From: Eledone cirrhosa
Lineage: Eukaryota
Assembly (NCBI GenBank): GCA_964016885.1
Contig: OZ024753.1
Span: 19,530,001 to 19,594,000, forward strand
Length of the DNA: 64,000 nt
Reading direction: 5' to 3'
Shown in pieces: positions 15,001 to 33,000 of this stretch (position 1 is the first letter of the stretch; each line of letters opens with the position of its first letter). The notes under the pieces are model-generated. The model saw only the letters and a list, made by a program, of their open reading frames with translations. It was not told the origin of the DNA and did no database searches. A program made the position numbers and the translations under genes.

Positions 15001-18000
15001 AACTATGACAGTAGTAACACTGTACTGAGACTAACTATGACAGTAGTAACACTGTACTGAGACCAACTATGACAGTAGTTACACTGTACTGAGACCATCT
15101 ATGACAGTAGTAACACTGTACTGAGATCAACTATGACAGTAGTTACACTGTACTGAGACAAACTATGACACTAGTAAAACTGTATTGAGACAAACTATGA
15201 CAGTAGTAACACTGTACTGAGACCAACTATGACAGTAGTAACACTGTACTGAGACCAACTATGACAGTAGTAACACTGTACTGAGACCAACTATGACAGT
15301 AGTAACACTGTACTGAGACCAACTACGACAGTAGTAATACTGTACTGAGACCAACTATGACAGTAGTAACACTGTACTGAGTCCAACTATGACAGTAGTA
15401 ACACTGTACTGAGACTAACTATGACAGTAGTAACACTGTACTGAGACTAAATATGACAGTAGTAACACTGTACTAAGACCAACTATGACAGTAGTAACAC
15501 TGTACTGGGACTAACTATGACAGTAGTAACACTGTACTGAGACCAACTATGACAGTAGTAACACTGTACTGAGACCAGCTGCGACAGTAGTAACACTGTA
15601 CTGAGACTAACTATGACAGTAGTAACACTGTACTGAGACCAACTATGACAGTAGTAACACTGTACTGAGACCAGCTGCGACAGTAGTAACACCGTACTGA
15701 GACCAACTATGACAGTAGTAACACTGTACTGAGACTAACTATGACAGTAGTAACACTGTACTGAGACCAGCTGCGACAGTAGTAACACTGTACTGAGACC
15801 AGCTGCGACAGTAGTAACACTGTACTGAGACCAGCTACGACAGTAGTAACACTGTACTGAGACCAACTATGACAGTAGTAACACTGTACTGAGACCAACT
15901 ATGACAGTAGTAACACTGTACTGAGACCAACTATGACAGTAGTAACACTGTACTGAGACTAAATATGACAGTAGTAACACTGTACTAAGACCAACTATGA
16001 CAGTAGTAACACTGTACTGGGACCAATTATGACAGTAGTAACACTGTACTGAGACTAAGTATGACAGTAGTAACACTGTACTGAGACTAACTTTGACAGT
16101 AGTAACACTGTACTGAGACCAACTATGACAGTATTAACACTGTACTGAGACTACCTATGACAGTAGTAACACTGTACTGAGACCAACTATGACAGTAGTA
16201 ACACTGTACTGAGAATAACTATGACAGTATTAACACTGTACTGAAACTAAATATGACAGTAGTAACACTGTACTGAGACTAACTATGACAGTAGTAACAC
16301 TGTACTGAGACTAACTATGACAGTAGTAACACTGTACTGAGAATAACTATGACAGTATTAACACTGTACTGAGACTAACTATGACAGTAGTAACACTGTA
16401 CTGATACTAACTATGACAGTATTAACACTGTACTGAGACTAACTATGACAGTAGTAACACTGTACTGAGACTAACTATGACAGTAGTAACACTGTACTGA
16501 GACTAACTATGACAGTAGTAACACTGTACTGAGACCAACTATGACAGTAGTTACACTGTACTGAGACCATCTATGACAGTATTAACACTGTACTGAGATC
16601 AACTATGACAGTAGTTACACTGTACTGAGACAAACTATGACACTAGTAAAACTGTATTGAGACAAACTATGACAGTAGTAACACTGTACTGAGACCAACT
16701 ATGACAGTAGTAACACTGTACTGAGACCAACTATGACAGTAGTAACACTGTACTGAGACCAACTATGACAGTAGTAACACTGTACTGAGACCAACTACGA
16801 CAGTAGTAATACTGTACTGAGACCAACTATGACAGTAGTAACACTGTACTGGGACTAAATATGACAGTAGTAACACTGTACTAAGACCAACTATGACAGT
16901 AGTAACACTGTACTGGGACTAACTATGACAGTAGTAACACTGTACTGAGACCAACTATGACAGTAGTAACACTGTACTGAGACCAGCTGCGACAGTAGTA
17001 ACACTGTACTGAGACTAACTATGACAGTAGTAACACTGTACTGAGACCAACTATGACAGTAGTAACACTGTACTGAGACCAGCTGCGACAGTAGTAACAC
17101 CGTACTGAGACCAACTATGACAGTAGTAACACTGTACTGAGACTAACTATGACAGTAGTAACACTGTACTGAGACCAGCTGCGACAGTAGTAACACTGTA
17201 CTGAGACCAGCTGCGACAGTAGTAACACTGTACTGAGACCAGCTACGACAGTAGTAACACTGTACTGAGACCAACTATGACAGTAGTAACACTGTACTGA
17301 GACCAACTATGACAGTAGTAACACTGTACTGAGACCAACTATGACAGTAGTAACACTGTACTGAGACTAAATATGACAGTAGTAACACTGTACTAAGACC
17401 AACTATGACAGTAGTAACACTGTACTGGGACCAATTATGACAGTAGTAACACTGTACTGAGACTAACTATGACAGTAGTAACACTGTACTGAGACTAACT
17501 TTGACAGTAGTAACACTGTACTGAGACCAACTATGACAGTATTAACACTGTACTGAGACTACCTATGACAGTAGTAACACTGTACTGAGACCAACTATGA
17601 CAGTAGTAACACTGTACTGAGAATAACTATGACAGTATTAACACTGTACTGAAACTAAATATGACAGTAGTAACACTGTACTGAGACTAACTATGACAGT
17701 AGTAACACTGTACTGAGACTAACTATGACAGTAGTAACACTGTACTGAGAATAACTATGACAGTATTAACACTGTACTGAGACTAACTATGACAGTAGTA
17801 ACACTGTACTGATACTAACTATGACAGTATTAACACTGTACTGAGACTAACTATGACAGTAGTAACACTGTACTGAGACTAACTATGACAGTAGTAACAC
17901 TGTACTGAGACCAACTATGACAGTAGTAACACTGTACTGAGAATAACTATGACAGTATTAACACTGTACTGAGACTAACTATGACAGTAGTAACACTGTA

Positions 18001-21000
18001 CTGAGACTAACTATTACAGTAGTAACACTGTACTTAGACCAACTATGACAGTAGTAACACTGTACTGAGACTAAATATGACAGTAGTAACACTGTACTGG
18101 GACTAACTATGACAGTAGTAACACTGTACCAAGACTAAATATGAAAGTAGTAACACTGTACTGAGACTACCTATGACAGTAGTAACACTGTACTGTCACT
18201 AACTATGACAGTAGTAACACTGTACTGGGACTAACTGTGACAGTAGCAACACTGTACTGAGATTAACTATGACAGTAGTAACACTGTACTGGGACTAACT
18301 ATGACAGTAGTAACACTGTACCAAGACTAAATATGACAGTAGTAACACTGTACTGAGACTACCTATAACAGTAGTAACACTGTACTGTCACTAACTATGA
18401 CAGTAGTAACACTGTACTGAGACTCACTGTGACAGTAGTAACACTGTACTGATACTAACTATGACAGTAGTTACACTGTACTGAGACTACCTATGACAGT
18501 AGTAACACTGTACTGGGACTAACTATGACAGTAGTAACACTGTACTGAGACTAACTTTGACAGTAGCAACACTGTACTGAGACAAAACTATGACAGTAGT
18601 AACACTGTACTGAGACTAACTATGACAGTAATAACACTGTACTGAAACCAGCTATGACAGTAGTAACACTGTACTGAGACCATCTATGACAGTAGTAACA
18701 CTGTACTGAGTCAAAACTATGAAAGTAGTAACACTGTACTGAGACTAACTATGACAGTAGTAACACTGTACTAAGACTAAATATGATACTAGTAACACTG
18801 TACTGAGACCAACTATGACAGTAGTAACACTGTACTGAGACCAACTATGACAGTAGTAACACTGTACTGAGACTAACTATGACAGTAGTAACACTGTACT
18901 GAGACTAACTATGACAGTAGTAACACTGTACTGAGACCAACTATGACAGTAGAAACACTGTACTGAGACTAACTATGACAGTAGTAACACTGTACTGAGA
19001 CTAACTATGACAGTAGTAACACTGTACTGAGACTAACTATGACAGTATTAACACTGTACTGAGACTAACTATGACAGTAGTAACACTGTACTGAGACTAA
19101 CTATGACAGTAGTAACACTGTACTGAGACCAACTATGACAGTAGTAACACTGTACTGAGAATAACTATGACAGTATTAACACTGTACTGAGACTAACTAT
19201 GACAGTAGTAACACTGTACTGAGACTAACTATGACAGTAGTAACACTGTACTTAGACCAACTATGACAGTAGTAACACTGTACTGAGACTAACTATGACA
19301 GTAGTAACACTGTACTGGGACTAACTATGACAGTAGTAACACTGTACCAAGACTAAATATGAAAGTAGTAACACTGTACTGAGACTACCTATGACAGTAG
19401 TAACACTGTACTGTCACTAACTATGACAGTAGTAACACTGTACTGAGACTAACTGTGACAGTAGCAACACTGTACTGAGACTAACTTTGACAGTAGTAAC
19501 ACTGTACTAAGACTAACTGTGACAGTAGTAACACTACTGAGACCAACTATGACACTAGTAACACTGTACTAAGACTAACTATGACAGTAGTAACATTGTA
19601 CTGAGACCAACTATTGTAGTAGTTACACGGTACTAAGACTAACTATTGTAGTAGTAACACTGTAATGAGACCAACTATGACAGTAGTAACACTGTACTAA
19701 CACTAACTATTGTAGTAGTTACACTGTACTGAGACCAACTATGACACTAGTAACACTGTATTGAGACAAACTATAACAGTAGTAACACTGTACTGAGACC
19801 AACTATGACACTACTAACACTGTACTGAGACAAACTATGACACTAGTAACACTGTACTGAGACCAACTATGACAGTAGTAACACTGTACTGAGACTACCT
19901 ATGACAGTAGTAACACTGTACTGAGACTAACTATGACAGTAGTTACACTGTACTGAGACTACCTATGACAGTAGTAACACTGTACTGGGACTAACTATGA
20001 CAGTAGTAACACTGTACTAGGACTAACTATGACAGTAGTAACACTGTACTGAGACTAACTATGACAGTAGTAACACTGTATTAAACTAAATATGATACTA
20101 GTAACACTGTACTGAGACTAACTATGACAGTAGTAACACTGTACTGATACCAACTATGACAGTAGTAACACTGTACTGAGACTAACTATGACAGTAGTAA
20201 CACTGTACTGAGACCAATTATGACAGTAGTTACACTGTACTGAGACCAACTATGACAGTAGTAACACTGTACTGAGACCAACTATGACAGTAGTTACACT
20301 GTACTGAGACAAACTATGACACTAGTAACACTGTATTGAGACAAACTATGACAGTAGTAACACTGTACTGAGACCAACTATGACAGTAGTAACATTGTAC
20401 TGAGACCAACTAAGACAGTAGTAACACTGTACTGAGACCAACTATGACAGTAGTAACACTGTACTGAGACCAACTACGACAGTAGTAATACTGTACTGAG
20501 ACCAACTATGACAGTAGTAACACTGTACTGAGACCAACTATGACAGTAGTAACACTGTACTGAGACTAACTATGACAGTAGTAACACTGTACTGAGACTA
20601 ACTATGACAGTAGTAACACTGTACTGAGACCAACTATGACAGTAGTTACACTATACTGAGACAAACTATGACACTAGTAACACTGTATTGAGACAAACTA
20701 TGACAGTAGTAACACTGTACTGAGACCAACTATGACAGTAGTAACATTGTACTGAGACCAACTAAGACAGTAGTAACACTGTACTGAGACCAACTATGAC
20801 AGTAGTAACACTGTACTGAGACCAACTACGACAGTAGTAATACTGTACTGAGACCAACTATGACAGTAGTAACACTGTACTGAGACCAACTATGACAGTA
20901 GTAACACTGTACTGAGACTAACTATGACAGTAGTAACACTGTACTGAGACCAACTATGACAGTAGTAACACTGTACTGAGACCAGCTGCGACAGTAGTAA

Positions 21001-24000
21001 CACCGTACTGAGACCAACTATGACAGTAGTAACACTGTACTGAGACTAACTATGACAGTAGTAACACTGTACTGAGACCAGCTGCGACAGTAGTAACACT
21101 GTACTGAGACCAGCTGCGACAGTAGTAACACTGTACTGAGACCAGCTACGACAGTAGTAACACTGTACTGAGACCAACTATGACAGTAGTAACACTGTAC
21201 TGAGACCAACTATGACAGTAGTAACACTGTACTGAGACCAACTATGACAGTAGTAACACTGTACTGAGACTAAATATGACAGTAGTAACACTGTACTAAG
21301 ACCAACTATGACAGTAGTAACACTGTACTGGGACCAATTATGACAGTAGTAACACTGTACTGAGACTAACTATGACAGTAGTAACACTGTACTGAGACTA
21401 ACTTTGACAGTAGTAACACTGTACTGAGACCAACTATGACAGTATTAACACTGTACTGAGACTACCTATGACAGTAGTAACACTGTACTGAGACCAACTA
21501 TGACAGTAGTAACACTGTACTGAGAATAACTATGACAGTATTAACACTGTACTGAAACTAAATATGACAGTAGTAACACTGTACTGAGACTAACTATGAC
21601 AGTAGTAACACTGTACTGAGACTAACTATGACAGTAGTAACACTGTACTGAGAATAACTATGACAGTATTAACACTGTACTGAGACTAACTATGACAGTA
21701 GTAACACTGTACTGATACTAACTATGACAGTATTAACACTGTACTGAGACTAACTATGACAGTAGTAACACTGTACTGAGACTAACTATGACAGTAGTAA
21801 CACTGTACTGAGACCAACTATGACAGTAGTAACACTGTACTGAGAATAACTATGACAGTATTAACACTGTACTGAGACTAACTATGACAGTAGTAACACT
21901 GTACTGAGACTAACTATTACAGTAGTAACACTGTACTTAGACCAACTATGACAGTAGTAACACTGTACTGAGACTAAATATGACAGTAGTAACACTGTAC
22001 TGGGACTAACTATGACAGTAGTAACACTGTACCAAGACTAAATATGAAAGTAGTAACACTGTACTGAGACTACCTATGACAGTAGTAACACTGTACTGTC
22101 ACTAACTATGACAGTAGTAACACTGTACTGGGACTAACTGTGACAGTAGCAACACTGTACTGAGATTAACTATGACAGTAGTAACACTGTACTGGGACTA
22201 ACTATGACAGTAGTAACACTGTACCAAGACTAAATATGACAGTAGTAACACTGTACTGAGACTACCTATGACAGTAGTAACACTGTACTGTCACTAACTA
22301 TGACAGTAGTAACACTGTACTGAGACTAACTGTGACAGTAGTAACACTGTACTGATACTAACTATGACAGTAGTTACACTGTACTGAGACTACCTATGAC
22401 AGTAGTAACACTGTACTGGGACTAACTATGACAGTAGTAACACTGTACTGAGACTAACTTTGACAGTAGCAACACTGTACTGAAACCAGCTATGACAGTA
22501 GTAACACTGTACTGAGACCATCTATGACAGTAGTAACACTGTACTGATTCAAAACTATGAAAGTAGTAACACTGTACTGAGACTAACTATGACAGTAGTA
22601 ACACTGTACTAAGACTAAATATGATACTAGTAACACTGTACTGAGACCAACTATGACAGTAGTAACACTGTACTGAGACCAACTATGACAGTAGTAACAC
22701 TGTACTGAGACTAACTATGACAGTAGTAACACTGTACTGAGACTAACTATGACAGTAGTAACACTGTACTGAGACCAACTATGACAGTAGAAACACTGTA
22801 CTGAGACTAACTATGACAGTAGTAACACTGTACTGAGACTAACTATGACAGTAGTAACACTGTACTGAGACTAACTATGACAGTATTAACACTGTACTGA
22901 GACTAACTATGACAGTAGTAACACTGTACTGAGACTAACTATGACAGTAGTAACACTGTACTGAGACCAACTATGACAGTAGTAACACTGTACTGAGAAT
23001 AACTATGACAGTATTGACACTGTACTGAGACTAACTATGACAGTAGTAACACTGTACTGAGACTAACTATGACAGTAGTAACACTGTACTTAGACCAACT
23101 ATGACAGTAGTAACACTGTACTGAGACTAACTATGACAGTAGTAACACTGTACTGGGACTAACTATGACAGTAGTAACACTGTACCAAGACTAAATATGA
23201 AAGTAGTAACACTGTACTGAGACTACCTATGACAGTAGTAACACTGTACTGTCACTAACTATGACAGTAGTAACACTGTACTGAGACTAACTGTGACAGT
23301 AGCAACACTGTACTGAGACTAACTTTGACAGTAGTAACACTGTACTAAGACTAACTGTGACAGTAGTAACACTACTGAGACCAACTATGACACTAGTAAC
23401 ACTGTACTAAGACTAACTATGACAGTAGTAACATTGTACTGAGACCAACTATGACACTAGTAACACTGTATTGAGACAAACTATAACAGTAGTAACACTG
23501 TACTGAGACCAACTATGACACTACTAACACTGTACTGAGACAAACTATGACACTAGTAACACTGTACTGAGACCAACTATGACAGTAGTAACACTGTACT
23601 GAGACTACCTATGACAGTAGTAACACTGTACTGAGACTAACTATGACAGTAGTTACACTGTACTGAGACTACCTATGACAGTAGTAACACTGTACTGGGA
23701 CTAACTATGACAGTAGTAACACTGTACTAGGACTAACTATGACAGTAGTAACACTGTACTGAGACTAACTATGACAGTAGTAACACTGTACTAAACTAAA
23801 TATGATACTAGTAACACTGTACTGAGACTAACTATGACAGTAGTAACACTGTACTGATACCAACTATGACAGTAGTAACACTGTACTGAGACTAACTATG
23901 ACAGTAGTAACACTGTACTGAGACCAATTATGACAGTAGTTACACTGTACTGAGACCAACTATGACAGTAGTAACACTGTACTGAGACCAACTATGACAG

Positions 24001-27000
24001 TAGTTACACTGTACTGAGACAAACTATGACACTAGTAACACTGTATTGAGACAAACTATGACAGTAGTAACACTGTACTGAGACCAACTATGACAGTAGT
24101 AACATTGTACTGAGACCAACTAAGACAGTAGTAACACTGTACTGAGACCAACTATGACAGTAGTAACACTGTACTGAGACCAACTACGACAGTAGTAATA
24201 CTGTACTGAGACCAACTATGACAGTAGTAACACTGTACTGAGACCAACTATGACAGTAGTAACACTGTACTGAGACTAACTATGACAGTAGTAACACTGT
24301 ACTGAGACTAACTATGACAGTAGTAGCACTGTACTGAGACCAACTATGACAGTAGTTACACTGTACTGAGACAAACTATGACACTAGTAACACTGTATTG
24401 AGACAAACTATGACAGTAGTAACACTGTACTGAGACCAACTATGACAGTAGTAACACTGTACTGAGACCAACTAAGACAGTAGTAACACTGTACTGAGAC
24501 CAACTATGACAGTAGTAACACTGTACTGAGACCAACTACGACAGTAGTAATACTGTACTGAGACCAACTATGACAGTAGTAACACTGTACTGAGACCAAC
24601 TATGACAGTAGTAACACTGTACTGAGACTAACTATGACAGTAGTAACACTGTACTGAGACTAAATATGACAGTAGTAACACTGTACTAAGACCAACTATG
24701 ACAGTAGTAACACTGTACTGGGACTAACTATGACAGTAGTAACACTGTACTGAGACCAACTATGACAGTAGTAACACTGTACTGAGACCAGCTGCGACAG
24801 TAGTAACACTGTACTGAGACTAACTATGACAGTAGTAACACTGTACTGAGACCAACTATGACAGTAGTAACACTGTACTGAGACCAGCTGCGACAGTAGT
24901 AACACTGTACTGAGACCAACTATGACAGTAGTAACACTGTACTGAGACTAACTATGACAGTAGTAACACTGTACTGAGACCAGCTGCGACAGTAGTAACA
25001 CTGTACTGAGACCAGCTGCGACAGTAGTACCACTGTACTGAGACCAGCTACGACAGTAGTAACACTGTACTGAGACCAACTATGACAGTAGTAACACTGT
25101 ACTGAGACCAACTATGACAGTAGTAACACTGTACTGAGACCAACTATGACAGTAGTAACACTGTACTGAGACTAAATATGACAGTAGTAACACTGTACTA
25201 AGACCAACTATGACAGTAGTAACACTGTACTGGGACTAATTATGACAGTAGTAACACTGTACTGAGACTAACTATGACAGTAGTAACACTGTACTGAGAC
25301 TAACTTTGACAGTAGTAACACTGTACATAGACAAACTATGACAGTAGTAACACTGTACTGAGACCAACTATGACAGTATTAACACTGTACTGAGACTACC
25401 TATGACAGTAGTAACACTGTACTGAGACCAACTATGACAGTAGTAACACTGTACTGAGAATAACTATGACAGTATTAACACTGTACTGAGACTAAATATG
25501 ACAGTAGTAACACTGTACTGAGACTAACTATGACAGTAGTAACACTGTACTGAGACTAACTATGACAGTAGTAACACTGTACTGAGAATAACTATGACAG
25601 TATTAACACTGTACTGAGACTAACTATGACAGTAGTTACACTGTACTGAGACTACCTATGACAGTAGTAACACTGTACTGGGACTAACTATGACAGTAGT
25701 AACACTGTACTGAGACTAACTTTGACAGTAGCAACACTGTACTGAAACCAGCTATGACAGTAGTAACACTGTACTGAGACCATCTATGACAGTAGTAACA
25801 CTGTACTGATTCAAAACTATGAAAGTAGTAACACTGTACTGAGACTAACTATGACAGTAGTAACACTGTACTAAGACTAAATATGATACTAGTAACACTG
25901 TACTGAGACCAACTATGACAGTAGTAACACTGTACTGAGACCAACTATGACAGTAGTAACACTGTACTGAGACTAACTATGACAGTAGTAACACTGTACT
26001 GAGACTAACTATGACAGTAGTAACACTGTACTGAGACCAACTATGACAGTAGAAACACTGTACTGAGACTAACTATGACAGTAGTAACACTGTACTGAGA
26101 CTAACTATGACAGTAGTAACACTGTACTGAGACTAACTATGACAGTATTAACACTGTACTGAGACTAACTATGACAGTAGTAACACTGTACTGAGACTAA
26201 CTATGACAGTAGTAACACTGTACTGAGACCAACTATGACAGTAGTAACACTGTACTGAGAATAACTATGACAGTATTGACACTGTACTGAGACTAACTAT
26301 GACAGTAGTAACACTGTACTGAGACTAACTATGACAGTAGTAACACTGTACTTAGACCAACTATGACAGTAGTAACACTGTACTGAGACTAACTATGACA
26401 GTAGTAACACTGTACTGGGACTAACTATGACAGTAGTAACACTGTACCAAGACTAAATATGAAAGTAGTAACACTGTACTGAGACTACCTATGACAGTAG
26501 TAACACTGTACTGTCACTAACTATGACAGTAGTAACACTGTACTGAGACTAACTGTGACAGTAGCAACACTGTACTGAGACTAACTTTGACAGTAGTAAC
26601 ACTGTACTAAGACTAACTGTGACAGTAGTAACACTACTGAGACCAACTATGACACTAGTAACACTGTACTAAGACTAACTATGACAGTAGTAACATTGTA
26701 CTGAGACCAACTATGACACTAGTAACACTGTATTGAGACAAACTATAACAGTAGTAACACTGTACTGAGACCAACTATGACACTACTAACACTGTACTGA
26801 GACAAACTATGACACTAGTAACACTGTACTGAGACCAACTATGACAGTAGTAACACTGTACTGAGACTACCTATGACAGTAGTAACACTGTACTGAGACT
26901 AACTATGACAGTAGTTACACTGTACTGAGACTACCTATGACAGTAGTAACACTGTACTGGGACTAACTATGACAGTAGTAACACTGTACTAGGACTAACT

Positions 27001-30000
27001 ATGACAGTAGTAACACTGTACTGAGACTAACTATGACAGTAGTAACACTGTACTAAACTAAATATGATACTAGTAACACTGTACTGAGACTAACTATGAC
27101 AGTAGTAACACTGTACTGATACCAACTATGACAGTAGTAACACTGTACTGAGACTAACTATGACAGTAGTAACACTGTACTGAGACCAATTATGACAGTA
27201 GTTACACTGTACTGAGACCAACTATGACAGTAGTAACACTGTACTGAGACCAACTATGACAGTAGTTACACTGTACTGAGACAAACTATGACACTAGTAA
27301 CACTGTATTGAGACAAACTATGACAGTAGTAACACTGTACTGAGACCAACTATGACAGTAGTAACATTGTACTGAGACCAACTAAGACAGTAGTAACACT
27401 GTACTGAGACCAACTATGACAGTAGTAACACTGTACTGAGACCAACTACGACAGTAGTAATACTGTACTGAGACCAACTATGACAGTAGTAACACTGTAC
27501 TGAGACCAACTATGACAGTAGTAACACTGTACTGAGACTAACTATGACAGTAGTAACACTGTACTGAGACTAACTATGACAGTAGTAGCACTGTACTGAG
27601 ACCAACTATGACAGTAGTTACACTGTACTGAGACAAACTATGACACTAGTAACACTGTATTGAGACAAACTATGACAGTAGTAACACTGTACTGAGACCA
27701 ACTATGACAGTAGTAACACTGTACTGAGACCAACTAAGACAGTAGTAACACTGTACTGAGACCAACTATGACAGTAGTAACACTGTACTGAGACCAACTA
27801 CGACAGTAGTAATACTGTACTGAGACCAACTATGACAGTAGTAACACTGTACTGAGACCAACTATGACAGTAGTAACACTGTACTGAGACTAACTATGAC
27901 AGTAGTAACACTGTACTGAGACTAAATATGACAGTAGTAACACTGTACTAAGACCAACTATGACAGTAGTAACACTGTACTGGGACTAACTATGACAGTA
28001 GTAACACTGTACTGAGACCAACTATGACAGTAGTAACACTGTACTGAGACCAGCTGCGACAGTAGTAACACTGTACTGAGACTAACTATGACAGTAGTAA
28101 CACTGTACTGAGACCAACTATGACAGTAGTAACACTGTACTGAGACCAGCTGCGACAGTAGTAACACTGTACTGAGACCAACTATGACAGTAGTAACACT
28201 GTACTGAGACTAACTATGACAGTAGTAACACTGTACTGAGACCAGCTGCGACAGTAGTAACACTGTACTGAGACCAGCTGCGACAGTAGTACCACTGTAC
28301 TGAGACCAGCTACGACAGTAGTAACACTGTACTGAGACCAACTATGACAGTAGTAACACTGTACTGAGACCAACTATGACAGTAGTAACACTGTACTGAG
28401 ACCAACTATGACAGTAGTAACACTGTACTGAGACTAAATATGACAGTAGTAACACTGTACTAAGACCAACTATGACAGTAGTAACACTGTACTGGGACTA
28501 ATTATGACAGTAGTAACACTGTACTGAGACTAACTATGACAGTAGTAACACTGTACTGAGACTAACTTTGACAGTAGTAACACTGTACATAGACAAACTA
28601 TGACAGTAGTAACACTGTACTGAGACCAACTATGACAGTATTAACACTGTACTGAGACTACCTATGACAGTAGTAACACTGTACTGAGACCAACTATGAC
28701 AGTAGTAACACTGTACTGAGAATAACTATGACAGTATTAACACTGTACTGAGACTAAATATGACAGTAGTAACACTGTACTGAGACTAACTATGACAGTA
28801 GTAACACTGTACTGAGACTAACTATGACAGTAGTAACACTGTACTGAGAATAACTATGACAGTATTAACACTGTACTGAGACTAACTATGACAGTAGTAA
28901 CACTGTACTGATACTAACTATGACAGTAGTAACACTGTACTGAGACTAACTATGACAGTATTAACACTGTACTAAGACTAAATATGATAGTAGTAACACT
29001 GTACTGACAGCAACAATGACAGTAGTAACACTGTACTGAGAATAACTATGACAGTATTAACACTGTACTGAGACTAACTATGACTGTAGTAACACTGTAC
29101 TGAGACTAACTATGACAGTGGTAACACTGTAATGAGACCAACTATGACAGTAGTAACACTGTACTGAGAATAACTATGACAGTATTAACACTGTACTGAG
29201 ACTAACTATGACAGTAGTAACACTGTACTGAGACTAACTATGACAGTAGTAACACTGTACTTAGACCAACTATGACAGTAGTAACACTGTACTGAGACTA
29301 ACTATGACAGTAGTAACACTGTACTGGGACTAACTATGACAGTAGTAACACTGTACCAAGACTAAATATGAAAGTAGTAACACTGTACTGAGACTACCTA
29401 TGACAGTAGTAACACTGTACTGTCACTAACTATTACAGTAGTAACACTGTACTGAGACTAACTGTGACAGTAGCAACACTGTACTGAGACTAACTATGAC
29501 AGCAGTAACACTGTACTGGGACTAACTATGACAGTTGTAACACTGTACCAAGACTAAATATGACAGTAGTAACAATGTACTGAGACTACCTATGACAGTA
29601 GTAACACTGTACTGTCACTAACTATGACAGTAGTAACACTGTACTGAGACTAACTGTGACAGTAGTAACACTGTACTGATACTAACTATGACAGTAGTTA
29701 CACTGTACTGAGACTACCTATGACAGTAGTAACACTGTACTGGGACTAACTATGACAGTAGTAACACTGTGCTGGGACTAACTATGACAGTAGTAACACT
29801 GTACTGAGTCAAAACTATGACAGTAGTAACACTGTACTGAGACTAACTTTGACAGTAGCAGCACTGTACTGAGTCAAATCTATGACAGTAGTAACACTGT
29901 ACTGAGACCAACTATGACAGTAGTAACACTGTACTGAGACCAACTATGACAGTAGTAACACTGTACTGAGACTAACTATGACAGTAGTAACACTGTACTG

Positions 30001-33000
30001 AGACTAACTATGACAGTAGTAACACTGTACTGAGACCAACTATGACAGTAGTAACACTGTACTGAGACTAACTATGACAGTAGTAACACTGTACTGAGAC
30101 TAACTATAACAGTAGTAACACTGTAGTGATACTAACTTTGACAGTAGTAACACTGTACTGAGACTAACTATGACAGTAGTAACACTGTACTGAGACCAAC
30201 TATGACAGTAGTAACACTGTACTGAGACTAACTATGACAGTAGTTAAACTGTACTGAGACTAACTATGACAGTAGTAACACTGTACTAAGACCAACTATG
30301 ACAGTAGTAACACTGTACTGAGACTAACTATGACAGTAGTAACACTGTACTGAGACTAACTATGACGGTAGTAACACTGTACTAAGACCAACTATGACAG
30401 TAGTAACACTGTACTGAGACTAACTATGACAGTAGTAACACTGTAATAAGACTAACTATGACAGTAGTAACACTGTACTGGGACTAACTATGACAGTACT
30501 AACACTGTACTGAGACCAACTATGACAGTAGTAACACTGTACTGAGGCTAAATATGACAGTAGTAACACTGTACTGGGACTAACTATGACAGTAGTAACA
30601 CTGTAATAAGACTAACTATGACAGTAGTAACACTGTACTGAGATCAACTATGACAGTAGTAACACTGTACTGAGACTAAATATGACAGTAGTAACACTGT
30701 ACTGGGACTAACTATGACAGTAGTAACACTGTACTGAGACTAACTATGATAGTAGTAACACTGTACTGAGACTAACTATGACAGTAGTACACCGTACTGA
30801 GACTAACTATGATAGTAGTAACACTGTACTGAGACTAACTATGACAGTAGTAACACTGTACTGAGACCAACTATGACACTAGTAACACTGTACTGAGACT
30901 AACTATGACAGTAGTAACACTGTACTGAGACTAACTATGACAGTAGTAACACTGTACTGAGACTAACTATGACAGTAGTAACACTGTACTGAGACCAACT
31001 ATGACAGTAGTAACACTGTACTGAGACTAACTATGACAGTAGTAACACTGTACTGAGACTAACTATGACAGTAGTAACATTGTACTGAGACCAACTATGA
31101 CAGTAGTAACACTCTACTGAGACTAACTATGACAGTAGTAACACTGTACTGAGACCAACTATGACAGTAGTAACACTGTACTGGGACTAACTATGACAGT
31201 AGTTACACTGTATTGAGACTAACTATGACAGTAGTAACACTGTACTGAGACTAACTATGACACTAGTAACATTGTACTGAGACCAACTATGACAGTAGTA
31301 ACACTGTACTGAGACTAACTAGGACAGTAGTAACACTGTACTGAGACTAACTATGACAGTATTAACACTGTACTGAGACCAACTATGACAGTGGTAACAC
31401 TGTACTGGGACTAACTATGACAGTAGTAACACTGTACTGAGACCAACTATGACAGTAGTAACCCTGTACTGGGACTAACTATGACAGTAGTAACACTGTA
31501 CTGAGACTAACTATGACAGTAGTAACACTGTACTGAGACTAACTATGACAGTAGTAACACTACTGAGACTAACTATGACAGTAGTAACACTGTACTGGGA
31601 CTAACTATGACTGTAGTAACACTGTACTGAGACCAACTATGACAGTAGTAACACTGTACTGAGACCAACTATGACAGTAGTAACACTGTACTGAGACTAA
31701 CTATGACAGTAGTAACACTGTACTGAGACCAGCTGCGACAGTAGTAACACTGTACTGAGACCAGCTGCGACAGTAGTACCACTGTACTGAGACCAGCTAC
31801 GACAGTAGTAACACTGTACTGAGACCAACTATGACAGTAGTAACACTGTACTGAGACCAACTATGACAGTAGTAACACTGTACTGAGACCAACTATGACA
31901 GTAGTAACACTGTACTGAGACTAAATATGACAGTAGTAACACTGTACTAAGACCAACTATGACAGTAGTAACACTGCACTGGGACTAATTATGACAGTAG
32001 TAACACTGTACTGAGACTAACTATGACAGTAGTAACACTGTACTGAGACTAACTTTGACAGTAGTAACACTGTACATAGACAAACTATGACAGTAGTAAC
32101 ACTGTACTGAGACCAAATATGACAGTATTAACACTGTACTGAGACTACCTATGACAGTAGTAACACTGTACTGAGACCAACTATGACAGTAGTAACACTG
32201 TACTGAGAATAACTATGACAGTATTAACACTGTACTGAGACTAAATATGACAGTAGTAACACTGTACTGAGACTAACTATGACAGTAGTAACACTGTACT
32301 GAGACTAACTATGACAGTAGTAACACTGTACTGAGAATAACTATGACAGTATTAACACTGTACTGAGACTAACTATGACAGTAGTAACACTGTACTGAGA
32401 CTAACTATGACAGTAGTAACACTGTACTTAGACCAACTATGACAGTAGTAACACTGTACTGAGACTAACTATGACAGTAGTAACACTGTACTGGGACTAA
32501 CTATGACAGTAGTAACACTGTACCAAGACTAAATATGAAAGTAGTAACACTGTACTGAGACTACCTATGACAGTAGTAACACTGTACTGTCACTAACTAT
32601 TACAGTAGTAACACTGTACTGAGACTAACTGTGACAGTAGCAACACTGTACTGAGACTAACTATGACAGCAGTAACACTGTACTGGGACTAACTATGACA
32701 GTTGTAACACTGTACCAAGACTAAATATGACAGTAGTAACAATGTACTGAGACTACCTATGACAGTAGTAACACTGTACTGTCACTAACTATGACAGTAG
32801 TAACACTGTACTGAGACTAACTGTGACAGTAGTAACACTGTACTGATACTAACTATGACAGTAGTTACACTGTACTGAGACTACCTATGACAGTAGTAAC
32901 ACTGTACTGGGACTAACTATGACAGTAGTAACACTGTGCTGGGACTAACTATGACAGTAGTAACACTGTACTGAGTCAAAACTATGACAGTAGTAACACT